Assembly (NCBI GenBank): GCA_033551855.1
Contig: JAWSUI010000072.1
Coordinates: 1-17,364 of the forward strand
Direction: 5' to 3'
Origin: Deferrisomatales bacterium
GTDB lineage: Bacteria > Desulfobacterota > Deferrisomatia > Deferrisomatales > JACRMM01
Length of the DNA stretch: 17,364 nt
The position numbers were made by a program, and so were the translations under genes. Shown here piece by piece: positions 15,006 through 17,364 of the stretch; position 1 is the first letter of the stretch; every line of letters starts with the position of its first letter. The notes under the pieces are model-generated. The model was given only the letters and a program-made list of their open reading frames with translations, was not told where the DNA came from and made no database searches.

Positions 15006-16019
15006 CTATCCCGGCCGCCGTGCCCGCGCCAGCTCCGGGCCCGCCAGCTCCGGGCCCGACAGCTCCGGGTCCGACGCGAGGGCCGGCCGAGGGGCGTCCG
15101 GGTACGCGCAGAAGGGGTCCCGCTCCCGGAAGGGGTCGAGACCCGCGCCGCTCGCGGAAGAGAGGCGCCCCCCGCAGACCTCCTGCAGGTCGCATCCGCG
15201 GCAGGCCGCGCTCCCGGACCGGTACCGGGCGGCCTCGGGCCCGTCGTAAATCCCGGCCAGGGAGTCCGCCCGCACGTCCCCCACCGGGGACGGGAACTTC
15301 CGGCAGGCGTGGACCGCGCCGTCGGCGAGGAGAGAGAGGAAGTTGAAGGCCGCCCCGCATCCGTGGCCCGTGCACCCCCCGAAGGGCTCCCGGCCCCGGG
15401 CGCGCAGCAGGGGCTGGAAGAGGCCGTCCTTGCGCCCCAGCACCGGGTTCGTCTCGGCGGCCTCCAGGTAGGCCTCGAGGAAGGCCGCGAAGGCCGCGGG
15501 CTCCGGCAGGGCGAGGCGGGCGCCCTCCCCCACGGGGGAGAGGCGGTTCCAGTGGAAGACGTCGGCCCTCCCCCGCAGGAGCTCTCCCAAGGGGAGGACC
15601 TGCCCCAGGTTCTCCCGGGTGAGCGTCAGCATCACCATGGAGTAGACCCCCGACTCGCGCAGGACGTCGAGGAACTCCAGGGTCCGGCGGAAGTGCCCCG
15701 GGCCGCGGATCCGGTCGTTGTGCTCCTGGAGCCCCTCGAGACTCACCTGGAAGAAGTCCGGGGGCTCCACGGCCGCGAGCTCCTCGATCCGCTCGCGGGG
15801 TGCGGGGTTGCCCAGGATCCCGGCCACGAAGCCCCGCTCCCAGGCCCCCCGGTACAGCTCCCGAAAGTCGGGGCGGAGCAGGGGGTTCCCGCCGGAGAAC
15901 GTCACCTGCCCCGTCACGTGCCGCTCCCGGCAGAAGTCGTAGAGCTCTTCCCGGAGCCCGAGCCCGCGGTCGAGGCCCAGGTCCGGCCGGTCGGAGCGGT
16001 CGTAGCAGTGGCGGCAGCG
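15006..16019 (-). pseudogene. sbtM: Radical SAM/SPASM peptide maturase, SbtM (selenobiotic-type)-like, 5'-truncated
   Basis: CRHCYDRSDR, GQVTFSGGNPLL, FQVSLEG, GGCTGHGCGAAFNF, ACRKFPSPVG and RDPFC match my recollection of the SbtM family. The first Cys of CxxxCxxC and everything upstream are missing. SPASM CGGC reads CGGR. Confidence 0.75.
15027..15075. repeat. 15-nt tandem repeat (about 3.3 copies) encoding the PELSG-PELAG-PELAR tail
   Basis: CGCCAGCTCCGGGCC x2, then CGACAGCTCCGGGTC, then CGAC. Confidence 0.85.
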
Positions 16020-16094
16020 GCCCCGGAATCTCCCGCCTGACACGTGCTCGGGGCCGGGGAGGCCCTCCGCGCGGCCGAGGCTTCGCGCCTTTTC

Positions 16095-16133
16095 ACCCCA
16101 TCCCCCTCCCGACCTCCCCCTTGAAGGGGGAGG
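16095..16133 (+). repeat. GC-rich palindromic intergenic repeat
   Basis: Stem CCTCCCCCT-tga-AGGGGGAGG (16113-16133) with a C-rich leader; same architecture as 12434-12470. Confidence 0.7.
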
Positions 16134-16256
16134 AGCAAAGGGGGGCGGGTGCCGCTCGAAACCGTCTCGCGAGCTGCACGGCGCGCCGGGACCCTGCCCG
16201 CCGGAGGGAAGGTTTCGCGCCGAACGCATGCGGAGAACCGATCGCGGGTTGTCGTA

Positions 16257-16739
16257 CTAGTACCGTGCCATGGCCTTCATCAGCTCCGGGGGCACCATCC
16301 AGCACAGGCTCCACCCGTCCTCGGCCTTGGTCAGGCACACCGCCGTGCCCGGGCAGAAGGCGACCACGGGCGGCTCCTCCCGCCCGGCCACGAGCCGCGA
16401 CACCAGCTTGCCCAGGAAGGGCTGGTGCCCCACGAGGACCGCGGGCTGCTCCCACCCGGAGATCTCCTGCAGCCAGGGCTCCACCGGGTCCTCCGGGCCG
16501 AGCCCCTCCCGGGCCTCGATCCGCCCCCGTTCGGGGGTGGCCGCCCACTGGAAGATTTCCAGGGTCTGGCGGGCGCGGGTGTTGCCGCTGTGAATGACCC
16601 GGGTCGCGTCCAGATGGACCCGGGAGAGCAGGGAGGCCAGCTTCTCCATGTTGAGGCGCCCCTGGTCGCTGAGGGGTCGCTCGAAGTCCGTCGTCTGCCG
16701 GGCGACGGCGTCCCCGGTCTGGATGAGGTAGAGCTTCAT
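16257..16739 (-). CDS. sixA: SixA-like histidine phosphatase family protein (catalytic His substituted)
   Basis: MKLYLIQTGDA...ERPLSDQG, HSGNTRARQT, LVGHQPFL; AGGAGG RBS. Confidence 0.85.
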   Translation of the reverse strand: MKLYLIQTGDAVARQTTDFERPLSDQGRLNMEKLASLLSRVHLDATRVIHSGNTRARQTLEIFQWAATPERGRIEAREGLGPEDPVEPWLQEISGWEQPAVLVGHQPFLGKLVSRLVAGREEPPVVAFCPGTAVCLTKAEDGWSLCWMVPPELMKAMARY

Positions 16740-16816
16740 GGCGCGGTCACCTCCTGGAAGCGGGGGGGAACAGAGGGGTCCTTCCGGAAAGTCAGTGGGT
16801 CAAAGGGCAAGAACGA

Positions 16817-16887
16817 TCTCGCGCAGAGCCGCTGGGACGCGGAGGAATTCTTTGTCTTTCGCGGCGCCTCCGCCCCTCCGCGCGAGA
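16817..16887. repeat. Imperfect long inverted repeat built from ~8-nt units
   Basis: TCTCGCGCAGAG (16817-16828) pairs with CTCCGCGCGAGA (16876-16887) with one mismatch, around an AT-rich loop. Confidence 0.65.
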
Positions 16888-16952
16888 ACAACAAGGGTTC
16901 CTCGCATCCACGGAAAACCCGGAAGCTCCAACAGAGGGCCGGGCCCAGCGGG

Positions 16953-17363
16953 TCAGGGACCCGCGAGGGCCTCCTTGAGCTTGGCGGTCTCGGGCCGGTC
17001 GTGCTTGCGCTCGATGAGGATGCTCACGGGGGTCGCGCCGGCGCCGTAGAGCTCCTCGTTGAGCTTCTGGCGCACCGCGAGCACGCTCCCCTCCACCGAC
17101 ACGCCGGCGTAGAGCCCGCCCGCGCTCTGGAAGACGTAGATGTCCTGGAGCACCGTCTGGGTGGACGCCTCCGCCCCGGCGCCCGTGGGGCCGGCGGCCA
17201 CGCTGGCGTCCACCCCCAGCTTGAGCCCGCTCGTCAGGGCCGACTCCAGGGCCTTCTGGTTCATGAACAGGAGCATCATCTGGACCTCCTGCACGCCCAC
17301 CTGGAGCCCCCAGCTCGCCCCCCCGAGGGTGTAGAAGGCCGGAGCGCTCCACGCGCCCCCCTC
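16953..17363 (-). CDS. Ysc84/SYLF lipid-binding domain protein (partial; 5' end beyond window)
   Basis: WSAPAFYTLGGASWGLQVG, LKLGVDASVAAGPTG, GLYAGVSVEG, N.ELYG. Confidence 0.9.
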   Translation of the reverse strand, partial: EGGAWSAPAFYTLGGASWGLQVGVQEVQMMLLFMNQKALESALTSGLKLGVDASVAAGPTGAGAEASTQTVLQDIYVFQSAGGLYAGVSVEGSVLAVRQKLNEELYGAGATPVSILIERKHDRPETAKLKEALAGP

Positions 17364-17364
17364 G

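Noticed and set aside
14467..15375. Long N-terminal extension of the nucleotidyltransferase ORF (425 aa)
   Set aside because: Overlaps the cupredoxin and radical SAM genes in another frame; only the last ~120 aa are protein-like.
16254..16263. Palindrome GTACTAGTAC at the sixA stop
   Set aside because: Short, and largely explained by the TAC-TAG codons; no other support for an insertion or operator site.
16020..16950. Search for a selenocysteine-containing SbtA-like precursor peptide near the radical SAM remnant
   Set aside because: No short ORF with an RBS, hydrophobic leader and Cys/UGA-rich core was found by eye.

Overview
Very GC-rich bacterial DNA. The gene set (tal-pgi fusion, SbtM-type radical SAM, stand-alone PilZ, SYLF protein) suggests a deltaproteobacterial/Desulfobacterota-like host, but this is inference. 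Apparently intact genes: a YbbP/YbbA-type ABC transporter divergent from a TesA-like SGNH esterase, GtrA, OsmC-family, transaldolase/phosphoglucose isomerase fusion, a 109-aa hypothetical, Fsr-type MFS, LhgO-like FAD oxidoreductase, PilZ, FAA-hydrolase, a minimal nucleotidyltransferase, a cupredoxin lipoprotein, a SixA-like protein lacking its catalytic His, and a partial Ysc84/SYLF gene. Four genes look broken: RluA, glucokinase, a HEPN toxin stub and an SbtM-like radical SAM/SPASM gene. Each break lies next to repeat-like or foreign-looking DNA. The most notable unexplained signal is a dispersed, highly structured non-coding element present three times: a full copy (~6321-6570), a diverged inverted copy (~1118-1316) and a precisely internally deleted copy (~12597-12742). 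It has imperfect terminal inverted repeats, a perfect 17-bp inner inverted repeat and hairpins preserved despite sequence change. All calls are by eye; no database searches were run.
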